DNA of 64,000 nucleotides from Fusobacterium ulcerans (GTDB lineage Bacteria; Fusobacteriota; Fusobacteriia; Fusobacteriales; Fusobacteriaceae): NCBI RefSeq assembly GCF_003019675.1, contig NZ_CP028105.1, positions 386,282 to 450,281 of the forward strand, read 5' to 3'. Shown piece by piece: positions 21,796 to 31,603 of this stretch (position 1 is its first letter; each line of letters starts with the position of its first letter). The notes under the pieces were generated by a model. It saw only the letters and a program-made list of their open reading frames with translations, ran no database searches and was not told where the DNA came from. The position numbers and the translations under genes were made by a program.

Positions 21796-22908
21796 TTATA
21801 CCCCCAAATTTACAATTTTCCCTTGTTCATGCACTCCTCTTACCTCTAGTGTAAGTTCTCCTAATATAAGTCCTTTTGTGTTGTCACCAGTTTTCCCCAT
21901 ATATTCGTGAAATAAATCTCTATTTATCAAAGGTCTTATTTCACAATTTTCATGATTTACCAATAACATTTCATTATCTGGTAAATTTGGTGTCATTATA
22001 AGCGGAACTATTCCATAGCTTGTATAGACTTCTTTTACGACCGCTCCAAGTGTAGAGCTTGTTTGCTCTTTTACAATATATTTTTCTATCTCTTTGTTGA
22101 GGTTTGATTGTTGTTTAGGTGGAATATAGAAAGCATAATATCCATTTTGTAAATCTCCCCCCACTAAATAGGCTTTTTTCAATAGTGCTTCTAGCTTTTC
22201 GATTGATATTTTTTCGTTATTAGCATCTACAATTTGCCCTTTATCCAATATAGTTCTTATTCCATCCATACCTCTATTTTTCCCAGTTGCAAATTTTTTC
22301 CCTGCTACTATTGCTTTTTCTACCTTTCCTACTGCTTTATCCATCTTTCTTGTCATTTCTAAAGAATAAGGATCTAGTCCTTCTCCTGATGGAACTGTTA
22401 AAGCTTGTGCTGTTCCTGAAATAGAAATTTCTTCCCTTATAATTTGCGTATAATTAGTGAAATTTTCTCCTGGCTTATATGATGCTCCTAATAAATCTGC
22501 TCCCTCTTCTATATTGTCATTTATAAAGTAGGCTGGTACATTAATAGCATGTGCTGCTGCTACTGTTCCTAACTGTCCTCTTACTACAGTCAAAGTTTTA
22601 CCTGCTATACTTTGTACTAATATAACCTCTTCATCTATTCTCATATATGAATTTATTGGGAAAACTGTTGGATCTGCTACATCTATATTTGTATCTGATA
22701 CTCCTACTGCTACTGTTATAACTGTTTCTGTTCCTTCACAACTATAATCTACCCATGAAGCTGTTGTAGCTTGTATTGGTCTTACTTTTCCTAGTGCTAT
22801 CAAATTCAAATAAAATGGTGCTTTGTTAGGATTTATATATTTTAGTCCTGGACTTAGCTCCTCTTTTAATCCTACTATTCTGTCTGTTGTTGTTATTGTT
22901 CCTGGCAT
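21796..22908 (-). CDS. Major capsid protein
   Basis: 370 aa, directly after the scaffold gene. Confidence 0.5.
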   Translation of the reverse strand: MPGTITTTDRIVGLKEELSPGLKYINPNKAPFYLNLIALGKVRPIQATTASWVDYSCEGTETVITVAVGVSDTNIDVADPTVFPINSYMRIDEEVILVQSIAGKTLTVVRGQLGTVAAAHAINVPAYFINDNIEEGADLLGASYKPGENFTNYTQIIREEISISGTAQALTVPSGEGLDPYSLEMTRKMDKAVGKVEKAIVAGKKFATGKNRGMDGIRTILDKGQIVDANNEKISIEKLEALLKKAYLVGGDLQNGYYAFYIPPKQQSNLNKEIEKYIVKEQTSSTLGAVVKEVYTSYGIVPLIMTPNLPDNEMLLVNHENCEIRPLINRDLFHEYMGKTGDNTKGLILGELTLEVRGVHEQGKIVNLGV

Positions 22909-22924
22909 TTCTCATCACTCCCTA

Positions 22925-23515
22925 TTATTTATTTAATTTTGCTAATTGTATTTCTAATGCTATTAGTTTGGTTCTAGTCTCTGTAGACTTAGGTAATTTA
23001 GAAAGTCTTTCTATTTCATTTTTTATCTTTTCTACTTCTCCATCTGGCTCTGTCCTTGCTGGTGGTGGCGGTGTTTGTTTTGGATCTGTTATGAATAAAT
23101 CTGGATATGTTGCTTTTAGTGTTGTCAGCTGCTCTTCTAGCCCCTCCAGCTTATTTTCTCCAAATGTTATTTTTCCCATATCCAATTTACTTGTAAGAAG
23201 TTCTGGATATTTTATTCCACTTAAAGCCCCTGCTACTGCTACTTTTTTATACTTTTCTGTTTCTGTAGCAAGCATTATAGGCTTATCTAAAAGCTCTTCT
23301 ACTTTTTCTTTTACTCCTAATTTCTCCCCTAAATAGCTTGTTACTGCTGTTCTTGTAAGTTTAGTTTTAAATTCTGTGTTGCCTTCTATAAACTTATTCA
23401 CTCCCTCTTCTGTTATTGGTGTTGGTTCTGCTGCTGGAATAAGATTATGTGTTGTAAGCTCTTGTCTTCCTTCCTCTGTTTTTAGATATGCTATATCTTC
23501 TGGTTTTAATGGCAT
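22925..23515 (-). CDS. Scaffolding protein
   Basis: 196 aa, charged and helical, between MuF-like and capsid genes. Confidence 0.4.
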   Translation of the reverse strand: MPLKPEDIAYLKTEEGRQELTTHNLIPAAEPTPITEEGVNKFIEGNTEFKTKLTRTAVTSYLGEKLGVKEKVEELLDKPIMLATETEKYKKVAVAGALSGIKYPELLTSKLDMGKITFGENKLEGLEEQLTTLKATYPDLFITDPKQTPPPPARTEPDGEVEKIKNEIERLSKLPKSTETRTKLIALEIQLAKLNK

Positions 23516-24303
23516 TATTTTTCCCTCCCTTTGCTAGTAATAGGCTCTGCCCAACAACGGCAGCCATAGTCTTCTCCTGGAAGAAGCCCATCACTTACTT
23601 TATATTTTTTTCCATTTCTTTCTAAATGGCTTTCTCTAGTTCTTCCATCTTGCATAGAACGCCATATATATTCTTCTATGTCGTTTTCTATCCAAAGATC
23701 TTTCAAATTTGTTGCTTGTAAGTTTCCTGTTTCATTTCTTGCCCAAAGCTCATTTCTTCTGTTAATCCACTCTTTTAAACCAGATAAACTTTTTTGATCT
23801 GGGACAATTCCTTTTTCTAGGTCTTCAAGCATCATTTTTATTTTTAAGTTAGGATTAGGAATTTTCTTTACTTCATGTATAAGTTTTTTTAAATCTCCTT
23901 TTCCTATTTTTCCTATTTCAAGCTTATTGAAACGGTATCCTACAGACTTATTAAGAATGTTATATGTTTTTATTACTTCATTTTCTCTATTCTTTAGCAA
24001 CTGTTCTGGTATTATCTTTTCTAGTTTTTCTAGTAATAAATAATTTTTTCTTATCCATTTCTTTGCCCCTGTTAGATCACTTCTTGCCACTTCTTCTTTA
24101 CTCAAAGTTTTCCAACTATCAAAAGTTTGGTTAGCTTGTTCTATTGCAAGTTTTTTTATTTTTTCTAAAAATTCTTTTTTATCTTTATTACTAAGCTTTA
24201 CCCGCCCCGCTTCCCCTAACATCTCCTTATGTTTTTTTAAAAGCTTATCTGTATAGAATTTGAAGGTTTTTTTTAATTTCTTTTCAATTTCTTTTGGATA
24301 CAT
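23515..24303 (-). CDS. Head morphogenesis protein (Mu gpF / SPP1 gp7 family)
   Basis: 262 aa, immediately after the portal. C-terminal GEDYGCRCWAEPI cysteine motif is typical of Phage_Mu_F. Confidence 0.6.
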   Translation of the reverse strand: MYPKEIEKKLKKTFKFYTDKLLKKHKEMLGEAGRVKLSNKDKKEFLEKIKKLAIEQANQTFDSWKTLSKEEVARSDLTGAKKWIRKNYLLLEKLEKIIPEQLLKNRENEVIKTYNILNKSVGYRFNKLEIGKIGKGDLKKLIHEVKKIPNPNLKIKMMLEDLEKGIVPDQKSLSGLKEWINRRNELWARNETGNLQATNLKDLWIENDIEEYIWRSMQDGRTRESHLERNGKKYKVSDGLLPGEDYGCRCWAEPITSKGREK

Positions 24304-25796
24304 TATTCATCATCCTCATTTAGCCCAAACTCTTCTATTAACTTGTCTACCTGCTCTTGTATAGACTTATCTAATTTTCCTTCTGTATCTATTTGTTTTA
24401 ATTTTTCCAACAAGTCTAATAGCTTTGTTCTATATGCTAGATCAGATTTTATTCTTTCCAGTTCCTCTTCTGTTGTTATTTCTGTAAGGTTTATATAGTC
24501 TACTGCTGCTTCTAAACTCATTATTCCAGCAGTTATTGCAGTATTTGCTATATTCACTTTTTCAGCCGTTGAAAGGCTTATTATTTCCTTACATTGCAAA
24601 GTAAAATCTAAACTTTCTTCTTTTCCTAAATAAGCATAACCCCACTTTACAATTTTTTCATATGCTCTTATTATTTTATTTCTTTTTGTTTCTACTGCTG
24701 CCAGAGTTCTTTCCATACTCCTGATTTTACTTTCTCCAGAAGCAGCACCATTTTTATCTATTCCAAACGCCTGCTCATTTGTTCCAGTCGCTTGGTAAAT
24801 TTGATACATATAATTGTCTCTTTGTATTTTCCATTCTGCCGTTTTAGTTTCCAATACAACTTGCTTAAGCTCTTTATCTCCATCTCCTACTATTGCTGTT
24901 CTATCTTTTAAATTTATACAGTAATCGCCAGTTTCTGGATCTGTCTCTAACATACTTTCTGGCACTTGTAAAAGTGGATTTGCTACTTTGTCAAAGGCTT
25001 GACTTGTCAAGGTGTCTCCTATTAATAGTTCTCTATTTATAACTATCAAATCTGGTAAATAATCTGTTTGTCTACTTATATTATCTACCTCTGCTACTTG
25101 CCAGCCTTTGTATTTATCTATATATCCTTTCCCATCTACTTTCATTCCATAGCTTTCTAAACTTTCTGGACATGGTATCTCCTCTACAGCATCTTTACCT
25201 ATTGTAAAAAACCTGTATTCTGTACTTCCTTCTTTATATATTTCACATTTAAGTGTACTTTTTTTAGAATCTTCTTCAAAGAATACATAGGCTTCTGCTA
25301 GATCAGGATTTAAAATATTAGGAATTTTAAAATAATTTACTGGTGGAACTATGAAAAAACTTAATTTATTATTTATCATCGTTCCTCTAATTAAAAGTCT
25401 TCCTGCATAACTTTGTATTGCTATCGCCTCTGATAATTCGTCTTGAAAGTCTATTAATTCTAAAAATTCCCTCTTATCTTCATCCACTCCTAATGTAGGA
25501 GGCTTATTTGCTGCAAGTTCTACAAATAACTTTGTTACTGCTCCTAAGATGTTGTTTCCAACTATCAAATTATCAAATTTTTTGGACTTCCATTTCATCT
25601 TGTTTCCATCAATATAGAATTCTCTATAATTGTTTCTATCATCTAGTAATCCCATATATTCAAGTTTTACTCTTCTTAAAACATCTTTATAGAAAACCTC
25701 TATGCTCTTCCCTTCATAGAGTTTTTTATTTGTTTCATAATTTTCATATATTTCACTTTTTTTTAACCCTTTTAATCCTTCTATTATCCCTTTCAT
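24303..25796 (-). CDS. Portal protein
   Basis: 497 aa, between TerL and the MuF-like gene. Confidence 0.6.
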   Translation of the reverse strand: MKGIIEGLKGLKKSEIYENYETNKKLYEGKSIEVFYKDVLRRVKLEYMGLLDDRNNYREFYIDGNKMKWKSKKFDNLIVGNNILGAVTKLFVELAANKPPTLGVDEDKREFLELIDFQDELSEAIAIQSYAGRLLIRGTMINNKLSFFIVPPVNYFKIPNILNPDLAEAYVFFEEDSKKSTLKCEIYKEGSTEYRFFTIGKDAVEEIPCPESLESYGMKVDGKGYIDKYKGWQVAEVDNISRQTDYLPDLIVINRELLIGDTLTSQAFDKVANPLLQVPESMLETDPETGDYCINLKDRTAIVGDGDKELKQVVLETKTAEWKIQRDNYMYQIYQATGTNEQAFGIDKNGAASGESKIRSMERTLAAVETKRNKIIRAYEKIVKWGYAYLGKEESLDFTLQCKEIISLSTAEKVNIANTAITAGIMSLEAAVDYINLTEITTEEELERIKSDLAYRTKLLDLLEKLKQIDTEGKLDKSIQEQVDKLIEEFGLNEDDE

Positions 25797-25907
25797 TTTT
25801 CCACCTTGTAAAACTTATTTTTAAGCCTTCCATCTTTTTCTTAACCTATTTATCGTAAAAATGTTTATGAGTAGTTTCGAAGGCTTGTCGAAGGCTCGTA
25901 GCTATAT

Positions 25908-27254
25908 TTAAAAACCTTTCGGTCTTATTATTTTATTGTTTCTTGTTTTTCTGTGTCTTTTCATATCTGCTTCCAGTGCATAACGAGCCTCATCGATTGT
26001 GTGGTTATTTCTATCCTCCAATCTTGGAAGTGGTTCTCCCCACCTATCTGTTGCATAATCTATCTGCTCAAATTCTCTGGCTGTATTTGGTGTTCTTTCT
26101 GGATCAATTACAATAGTTATTTCAGATAACCATTTTTCTCCATATTCAACACTACCCTTTCCCTTTTTAGCAGATACTGCTCTTACTCCATAACTTCTCA
26201 TTTCTGCAATACTTTTAGGTTCAGCACTATCACAAGTTATTATTTCTCTATATTTCTTTTTGTTTATATATGTTGCCAGTTCTCTATTACTCTTTTGTAT
26301 CCCATAAAATTCATCTACTGCATAAAGTATCCTACGCATTGAATCCCAATGCCAACGACCAAATGCTACAGGATCAACTCCATACCCCCAGTCAATTCCG
26401 TTTCTGAAGTTATCAAAACTTCTAATTTCTTGATCTGTTATCTTTCTTAATATTAAATTTGGAAATGGTATAATCCCCTGCCCCACAACCTCTCCTAAAA
26501 ATTCTCCTCTATATGTTGTAGGATCTTTTTCTTTGGTTGCTTGTGCATCTTCCTTAAACTCTGTAGATATATATGGATTATCTAAATAAGTCGAATGATG
26601 TACAAATGTATTTTGAGGCTTTGTTGAAAAACTATATTTTTGATTTACCCAATGTTGCTTCTCTCTAGGTGGATTGTAAGAAAAGAAACCTCTATATTTC
26701 ATCTTTTTTATTTTTTTCTCTCCAAGCATATTAGTATATTCATATTCTTTTAAATTTTCTCTAAGAATAGACTTTATAGCTGTTTCCACTTCCTTTTCAT
26801 TTTTGAACTCTGCTAATTCCTCAAACCACCAAGCACCTATTGGAAAATTTGCTGTTACAATAGATTTTGTTTTTTCTGCTTTATCTAGCCCTCTAAAAAT
26901 AAATTGATTTCCTCTTTCTTTGTAAATTATTTCTAGTGGGGAGGTTTTAAAAACAAAAAATTCTTCTATTCCTAAAAGCTGTATAGCTTTTTTTATTTGC
27001 TCATATACAGATGTTTCTAAATTATCCTTTATCTTTCTAAAGCAAATTATATTTATTGGTTCACTTATGAGTGTAAGAACTAACATAAGAGCTATATGTG
27101 TAGACTTAGCAGAGCCTCTTCCACCTTTTAAAACATAACGAAGATAATCAAAGTTCTTCCATGCTACCCACACTTCCCAAAATTTAGGAATTATCACTTT
27201 TGATAGTTTCTTTTTCTCCCTCTTCAACAAGGTATTTGTGTTCAATGTCATCAA
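25908..27254 (-). CDS. Terminase large subunit
   Basis: 448 aa with Walker A KGGRGSAKST, PBSX XtmB-like. Confidence 0.8.
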   Translation of the reverse strand: MMTLNTNTLLKREKKKLSKVIIPKFWEVWVAWKNFDYLRYVLKGGRGSAKSTHIALMLVLTLISEPINIICFRKIKDNLETSVYEQIKKAIQLLGIEEFFVFKTSPLEIIYKERGNQFIFRGLDKAEKTKSIVTANFPIGAWWFEELAEFKNEKEVETAIKSILRENLKEYEYTNMLGEKKIKKMKYRGFFSYNPPREKQHWVNQKYSFSTKPQNTFVHHSTYLDNPYISTEFKEDAQATKEKDPTTYRGEFLGEVVGQGIIPFPNLILRKITDQEIRSFDNFRNGIDWGYGVDPVAFGRWHWDSMRRILYAVDEFYGIQKSNRELATYINKKKYREIITCDSAEPKSIAEMRSYGVRAVSAKKGKGSVEYGEKWLSEITIVIDPERTPNTAREFEQIDYATDRWGEPLPRLEDRNNHTIDEARYALEADMKRHRKTRNNKIIRPKGF

Positions 27255-27627
27255 TTAACAGTACCCCCCAGCTTTTATCTGTATCTCCTTCTAATAGCCC
27301 TGCTTTTTCTCTTGTAGACTTAGCAGACATCTTTTCCAATATATTTATTACCTTACAAAGTGAATCAGCTGTTTTAGAATCTAGTAGCTTGTTTGGATCT
27401 GATAATACTTCTATTAAAAGTTTTTTATGGCTTTCATCTATCATTTCCACCATGTCATCTGTTGTAAATTCTGCCAATTCCTTGCTTTTTTTAAATTCCA
27501 TTTTTGGATCTTTTATCCATCTGTAAATATTAGAAATATTTATTCCAGTTTCTTTTGCTATTTGCTTTGCTGTTTTTCCTTCTATATACAATTTCTTTAC
27601 TTTTCTTTGCTCTAGTGTTAGTTCCAC
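27184..27627 (-). CDS. Terminase small subunit
   Basis: 147 aa with HTH (TAKQIAKETGINISNIYRW), directly upstream of TerL. Confidence 0.55.
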   Translation of the reverse strand: MELTLEQRKVKKLYIEGKTAKQIAKETGINISNIYRWIKDPKMEFKKSKELAEFTTDDMVEMIDESHKKLLIEVLSDPNKLLDSKTADSLCKVINILEKMSAKSTREKAGLLEGDTDKSWGVLLIDDIEHKYLVEEGEKETIKSDNS

Positions 27628-27671
27628 TCTTCCCCTCCTTCTCCTCTATACATAGCAATCATAGCAGAGTT

Positions 27672-27758
27672 TTTTAATTTAATTTGGGATGCTTGGGATA
27701 TTTGGGAAAAGTACAAAAAATACAATAAAAAAAGAAGATCTATATTTAAATCTTCTTT
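27672..27758. promoter_or_regulatory. Conserved ~60-nt element plus hairpin upstream of TerS (copy 1 of 2)
   Basis: AATTTAATTTGGGATGCTTGGGATATTTGGG...AAAAAATACAATAAAAAAA followed by the AAGAAGAT...ATCTTCTT hairpin. A near-identical copy lies at 29792-29880. Confidence 0.4.
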
Positions 27759-27832
27759 AAAAAATTTTGTTTATTTTAATTCTAAAATATTATATAATCT
27801 ATGTATTAAAATGAATTAAAAGGGGATTATTT

Positions 27833-28330
27833 ATGAAAAAAATATTAATTTTATTTTTCTTTATCTGTACCAGCATAGCCTTTGCAAAGTATGAAGATGT
27901 ATATAATGTAAAAATAGAAAAGGAAGAAAATAAGGTTTCTTACAAGATGAACACTAATTCTTCCTATTCTGAATGTGAATATGGTGTTTCTTATGCTCCC
28001 AGTAAAGAAAAGGCTAAAGAAGTCTTTGAACAAATACCTACTTTTTTTTCAAAGTACTCTATGGAAAAAAATAAGAAAAATTTAGATGTTATAGAACATA
28101 AAATATTTTCAAATTCTGGAGTTTTTATCTTCAGTACTCTAGATGGGGTTGATAAAAAATCTACTTATTATCTTGTCGTTTTTTGGGCAAAGGCAGAAAT
28201 TAGAATGTTTGGCTTTACTAAAGTTTCAGAAGCAGAAAAATTTTTTAAATACTTAGATATTAATAATCTTTTTTCCTCTTCTGCAGAAAGCCTTTACATA
28301 AAATCAACAATCTTGAAAGCTAAATATTAA
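27833..28330 (+). CDS. Secreted protein of unknown function (prophage moron, opposite strand)
   Basis: 165 aa with Sec signal peptide MKKILILFFFICTSIAFA|KY. It is one of only two plus-strand genes in the prophage and has its own terminator. Confidence 0.5.
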   Translation: MKKILILFFFICTSIAFAKYEDVYNVKIEKEENKVSYKMNTNSSYSECEYGVSYAPSKEKAKEVFEQIPTFFSKYSMEKNKKNLDVIEHKIFSNSGVFIFSTLDGVDKKSTYYLVVFWAKAEIRMFGFTKVSEAEKFFKYLDINNLFSSSAESLYIKSTILKAKY

Positions 28331-28338
28331 ATATATAA

Positions 28339-28380
28339 AAAGTGGTCTTAGAACAATCTTCTTTGACCACTTTCTTTTTT
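28339..28380 (+). terminator. Rho-independent terminator after the moron
   Basis: AAAGTGGTC...GACCACTTT hairpin followed by TTTTTT. Confidence 0.5.
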
Positions 28381-28584
28381 ATCTTGGTATATACTTTTAA
28401 ATGTTGTATTCTCTTCAAAGAGTTCTAGACTTCCTTTGTCAATCATCCAGCTTCCCTTACTCTTGCCATTTCCCCTGCTATATCTTCCACCTAGTCTTCC
28501 ATCTCTACACATATTATATACAGTCTCCAAGCTAACATTTAATCTTTTTGCTGCTTGTGTTGCTGTTAGCCATATTATTTTCAT
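28348..28584 (-). CDS. Excisionase-family HTH DNA-binding protein
   Basis: 78 aa with motif LTATQAAKRLNVSLETVYNMCRDGRL. Confidence 0.45.
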   Translation of the reverse strand: MKIIWLTATQAAKRLNVSLETVYNMCRDGRLGGRYSRGNGKSKGSWMIDKGSLELFEENTTFKSIYQDKKESGQRRLF

Positions 28585-28698
28585 CTAATCACCTCTATAA
28601 AAATGTTCTACCATATATAATATCATTTTTTTCATAAAATCATTGGTTAAATTTTTTTATAAAGTTTAAAGTCTTTATTTTATATAAAAATAGACTTG

Positions 28699-29595
28699 TT
28701 ATTTTAACAAACAAAACCATTCTAATCTGTCTGTTAATTTTCCAAAAGTTTGGAATTTATAAGTTTTCTCTGAAAATTCTGCATTTTTAAAATTTTTCTC
28801 TATAAGTTTTTTAAGATTATTTTCTGCACTTCCAAATATTAGGAATACATTATTTTTATTTAGATTATTTTCTATAAACTTTATTAGTCTATCATCATCT
28901 TCTAATCCCCACTCTTTTCCTCCGTCTCCTGCATATCCATACCCAACAAAATTTTGTTCTTTATCTAGTTTTGTCTTTTGGATATATGGAGGATCTAAAA
29001 ATATAAAGCTATCTTTATATTCCCAAGTTTCATCAAATTCTTTAAAGTGTACCTTTATTTTTTTAATTCCTTCAATGTACCCCTTAAATTTCTCTGCCTT
29101 TGCTATGCTATAGAAAGTATTGGAAAGACTTTCCCCTTTTCCACCAAACCCCATTAATGCTTTTAGAATTTCCTTTTCATCTTCAGAAAATTCTTTATTT
29201 TCTACATTGTTATCTATCTTTTTACCACAACAAGGGCAAACATTCTGGAATATACTTTTAAATTTAATGTTTATTTTATCAAATTTTTTTCTATCTTTGT
29301 CATATAAGATCCTTGCACTTTTAAAATCTATCTTGCCACATATATGTGTCAATGCCCTTTCGTACAATCTTTTAACATCCTTGTGTTTTACAAAAGCCTC
29401 TATTTTACTATCTTTGACATTTGTTTCTACATTTAACTCTGGGAATTCTTCCTTTAAATTTACTGGTACTTCCATAGCTCCAGCAAATAGATCTATGAAG
29501 TCCTCTTTTTTATTTTCTTCAAAAATTTTCTTTATTTCTTTGTAAAATCTTCCTTTGCTTCCCATATATGGGAATGGAACTTTGATTCTGCTCAT
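28699..29595 (-). CDS. DNA N6-adenine methyltransferase (Dam-like, DPPY motif) with inserted CxxC...CxxC zinc ribbon
   Basis: 298 aa with FLDPPYIQ catalytic motif, an N-terminal PYMGSKG AdoMet motif, and CPCCGKK. Confidence 0.65.
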   Translation of the reverse strand: MSRIKVPFPYMGSKGRFYKEIKKIFEENKKEDFIDLFAGAMEVPVNLKEEFPELNVETNVKDSKIEAFVKHKDVKRLYERALTHICGKIDFKSARILYDKDRKKFDKINIKFKSIFQNVCPCCGKKIDNNVENKEFSEDEKEILKALMGFGGKGESLSNTFYSIAKAEKFKGYIEGIKKIKVHFKEFDETWEYKDSFIFLDPPYIQKTKLDKEQNFVGYGYAGDGGKEWGLEDDDRLIKFIENNLNKNNVFLIFGSAENNLKKLIEKNFKNAEFSEKTYKFQTFGKLTDRLEWFCLLK

Positions 29596-29862
29596 CTTCC
29601 AACTCCTATTTTATATATTTGATAATGCAGTTTTTATTAAAAGGCTGAACTGCTAACAGCCAAGTAGAGAGCCTGTCATATCTGCTCACTCTCTCTACAC
29701 AGTTTAAGGACTTCACATATAAAGCTCCTATCCCAGACAGGCGTATTTTATACTTTCTCTGCGAACCGTCGTATACAACAATCATACTAAAGTTTTCAAA
29801 TTTTATTTGGGATGCTTGGGATACTTTGTAAAAATCCAAAAAATACAATAAAAAAACCAGCC
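29596..29862 (-). ncRNA. Candidate structured non-coding RNA (phage-encoded)
   Basis: A GC-enriched island with nested perfect stems (GGCTG...CAGCC; GTAGAGAG...CTCTCTAC; CCTGTC...GACAGG). The 80-aa ORF 29606..29848 predicted here has no RBS and an odd composition. Confidence 0.3.
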
Positions 29863-30087
29863 CTATTTAAAAAGTGACTGGTCTTTATATTCCTTTTTTA
29901 GTTCTTTAGTTTTTACAGAATAAACTTTATAGAATGTTGCTTTAGATATCTTTAATCTTTCATAAATTACTTTATTCTTTACAGCATAGTTATTTCTCAC
30001 TATTTCATCTATCTTTTTGAAATTTTCTTCCTGATCCTTTGTGCATTTACTGTAAGTGGTGCTTTTTCTTTGCCTTGTATTTTTCAA
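29863..30087 (-). CDS. Hypothetical small basic protein
   Basis: 74 aa. Confidence 0.3.
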   Translation of the reverse strand: MKNTRQRKSTTYSKCTKDQEENFKKIDEIVRNNYAVKNKVIYERLKISKATFYKVYSVKTKELKKEYKDQSLFK

Positions 30088-30141
30088 TTTTTTTATTAAT
30101 TTTTTTGTTCTGTAGATATTATGGATAGTAAATATTCCCTT

Positions 30142-30876
30142 TCATCTTCTGTTATATTTACTCTCATTTTTTACCTTCTTTTTAATTTTATTTATTCCAC
30201 TATTTTTTATAAAATGTACTCCACTAGCAGTTATATTATATATTTTTGCTAACTCTTGTTCTGTATATTCTTCAAAATAGAGCAACTTTATTATTGTTGC
30301 CTCTCTTTTGGTACAATATTTTTTTATTAACTGCTCTAGGTATTCTCTATTGACAATTTGTTCTATTGCTACTGTTCCTGCATCTGTACCTAGAAATTCC
30401 CAACTTCTCTTATTTTGCAAGCTTATTTTTGCATACGTTGACCTCTCTATGCCTCTTAAAGTGCTTTCAGAGATCTGTAATTTTTTTAAAACTTCTTTCT
30501 TTGGAAGTAAAGGATCATTTTTTATAAGTTTTTCATACTTCTTTCTTCTCTCTATAAAAGAAGTATTTCCATCATAGTTTTCTTTATCTCTAGTTCTGTT
30601 TATTCTCTGTTTTATCCAAAAGTAACAGTAAGTAGAAAATTTTATTCCGTTGTTTTTATAGTTTCTTATCCCTTCAATCACTCCAAATATAGCAGATTGG
30701 AAACAGTCTTCACTTCCATTGCCATATCTATTGTTTAAGTGTGTTATATACCTTAAATAACCCACTATAATTTTGTTTCTGGCTTCTATGTCACCTTCTT
30801 GTGCAAGAGGCAGAAGCTCTTGCACTTCTACCTCTGTTATTGCTGGATACTCTCTATACATGTTTCTAGTCTTCAT
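30142..30876 (-). CDS. Sigma-70 family RNA polymerase sigma factor (phage-encoded)
   Basis: 244 aa. Region 2-like FQSAIFGVIEGIRNY / YCYFWIKQRINR and region 4 HTH (ELAKIYNITASGVHFIKNSGINKI). Confidence 0.6.
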   Translation of the reverse strand: MKTRNMYREYPAITEVEVQELLPLAQEGDIEARNKIIVGYLRYITHLNNRYGNGSEDCFQSAIFGVIEGIRNYKNNGIKFSTYCYFWIKQRINRTRDKENYDGNTSFIERRKKYEKLIKNDPLLPKKEVLKKLQISESTLRGIERSTYAKISLQNKRSWEFLGTDAGTVAIEQIVNREYLEQLIKKYCTKREATIIKLLYFEEYTEQELAKIYNITASGVHFIKNSGINKIKKKVKNESKYNRR

Positions 30877-30969
30877 AAGACTTCCTTTTATGTCCAGTTA
30901 GATAATATTTTATTTTCCTCTTCCTGAATAAAAAGTTCCATATTTTCTTAAACATTGTTATCAGCCCCT

Positions 30970-31563
30970 TCATATAGCTAATTTACTTCGTACTAGTTTT
31001 TCTCTTATATTGTAAATCTTTGCTTTTAATTCTCTAGAAGTAGCCAGCAGATGTTCATGTTCTGCTTCCAGTATCTTTTTTTCTGCTCTCAATCTATTTA
31101 ATTTACTCTCCAGCTCTTCTATTTCACTATTTTTTAACTTTATTTCATTTTTAGACAAGGCTATTTTTGCTCCAGAGGTTAACTCCCAATTTTCTTCCTC
31201 TTCTAAAGCTCTTTTAAGAGCATTCTTAAAACCCATGTATATTTCTTTATTACCTTTCTCATCTAACTCAAAATCTATCTTATAGCATGTTACTATATTG
31301 TTATCTGCTACAATATACGTCATCATCTTTTCTTCATTTACATAAAACTCTGCTTTTCTATGTTTATCATAACTAGCTGTTGTTATATATTCAGATCTTG
31401 CAAATTCCTCTTTTATTAATTTTTCTATTTCTATAACCTTCTCTTCATTGTTATTTCGCCAGATATCAAAGGTTCTCTCTGTTATTATCTGTCCACTATA
31501 TACTCTGGCTGCATACCTCATAATTGCATGTCTTGTTACATTCACATTCTTTTTTTCTTCCAT
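30970..31563 (-). CDS. Hypothetical coiled-coil protein
   Basis: 197 aa. Confidence 0.3.
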   Translation of the reverse strand: MEEKKNVNVTRHAIMRYAARVYSGQIITERTFDIWRNNNEEKVIEIEKLIKEEFARSEYITTASYDKHRKAEFYVNEEKMMTYIVADNNIVTCYKIDFELDEKGNKEIYMGFKNALKRALEEEENWELTSGAKIALSKNEIKLKNSEIEELESKLNRLRAEKKILEAEHEHLLATSRELKAKIYNIREKLVRSKLAI

Positions 31564-31603
31564 ATTTTTTATTCCCCTCTTGTATAATATTTCTACTCAA
31601 TTA

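Noticed and set aside
29606-29848. 80-aa ORF predicted on the minus strand
   Set aside because: It has no RBS and overlaps the duplicated promoter-like element. It also lies on a GC-rich stem-rich segment, so it is more likely non-coding structured RNA or DNA.
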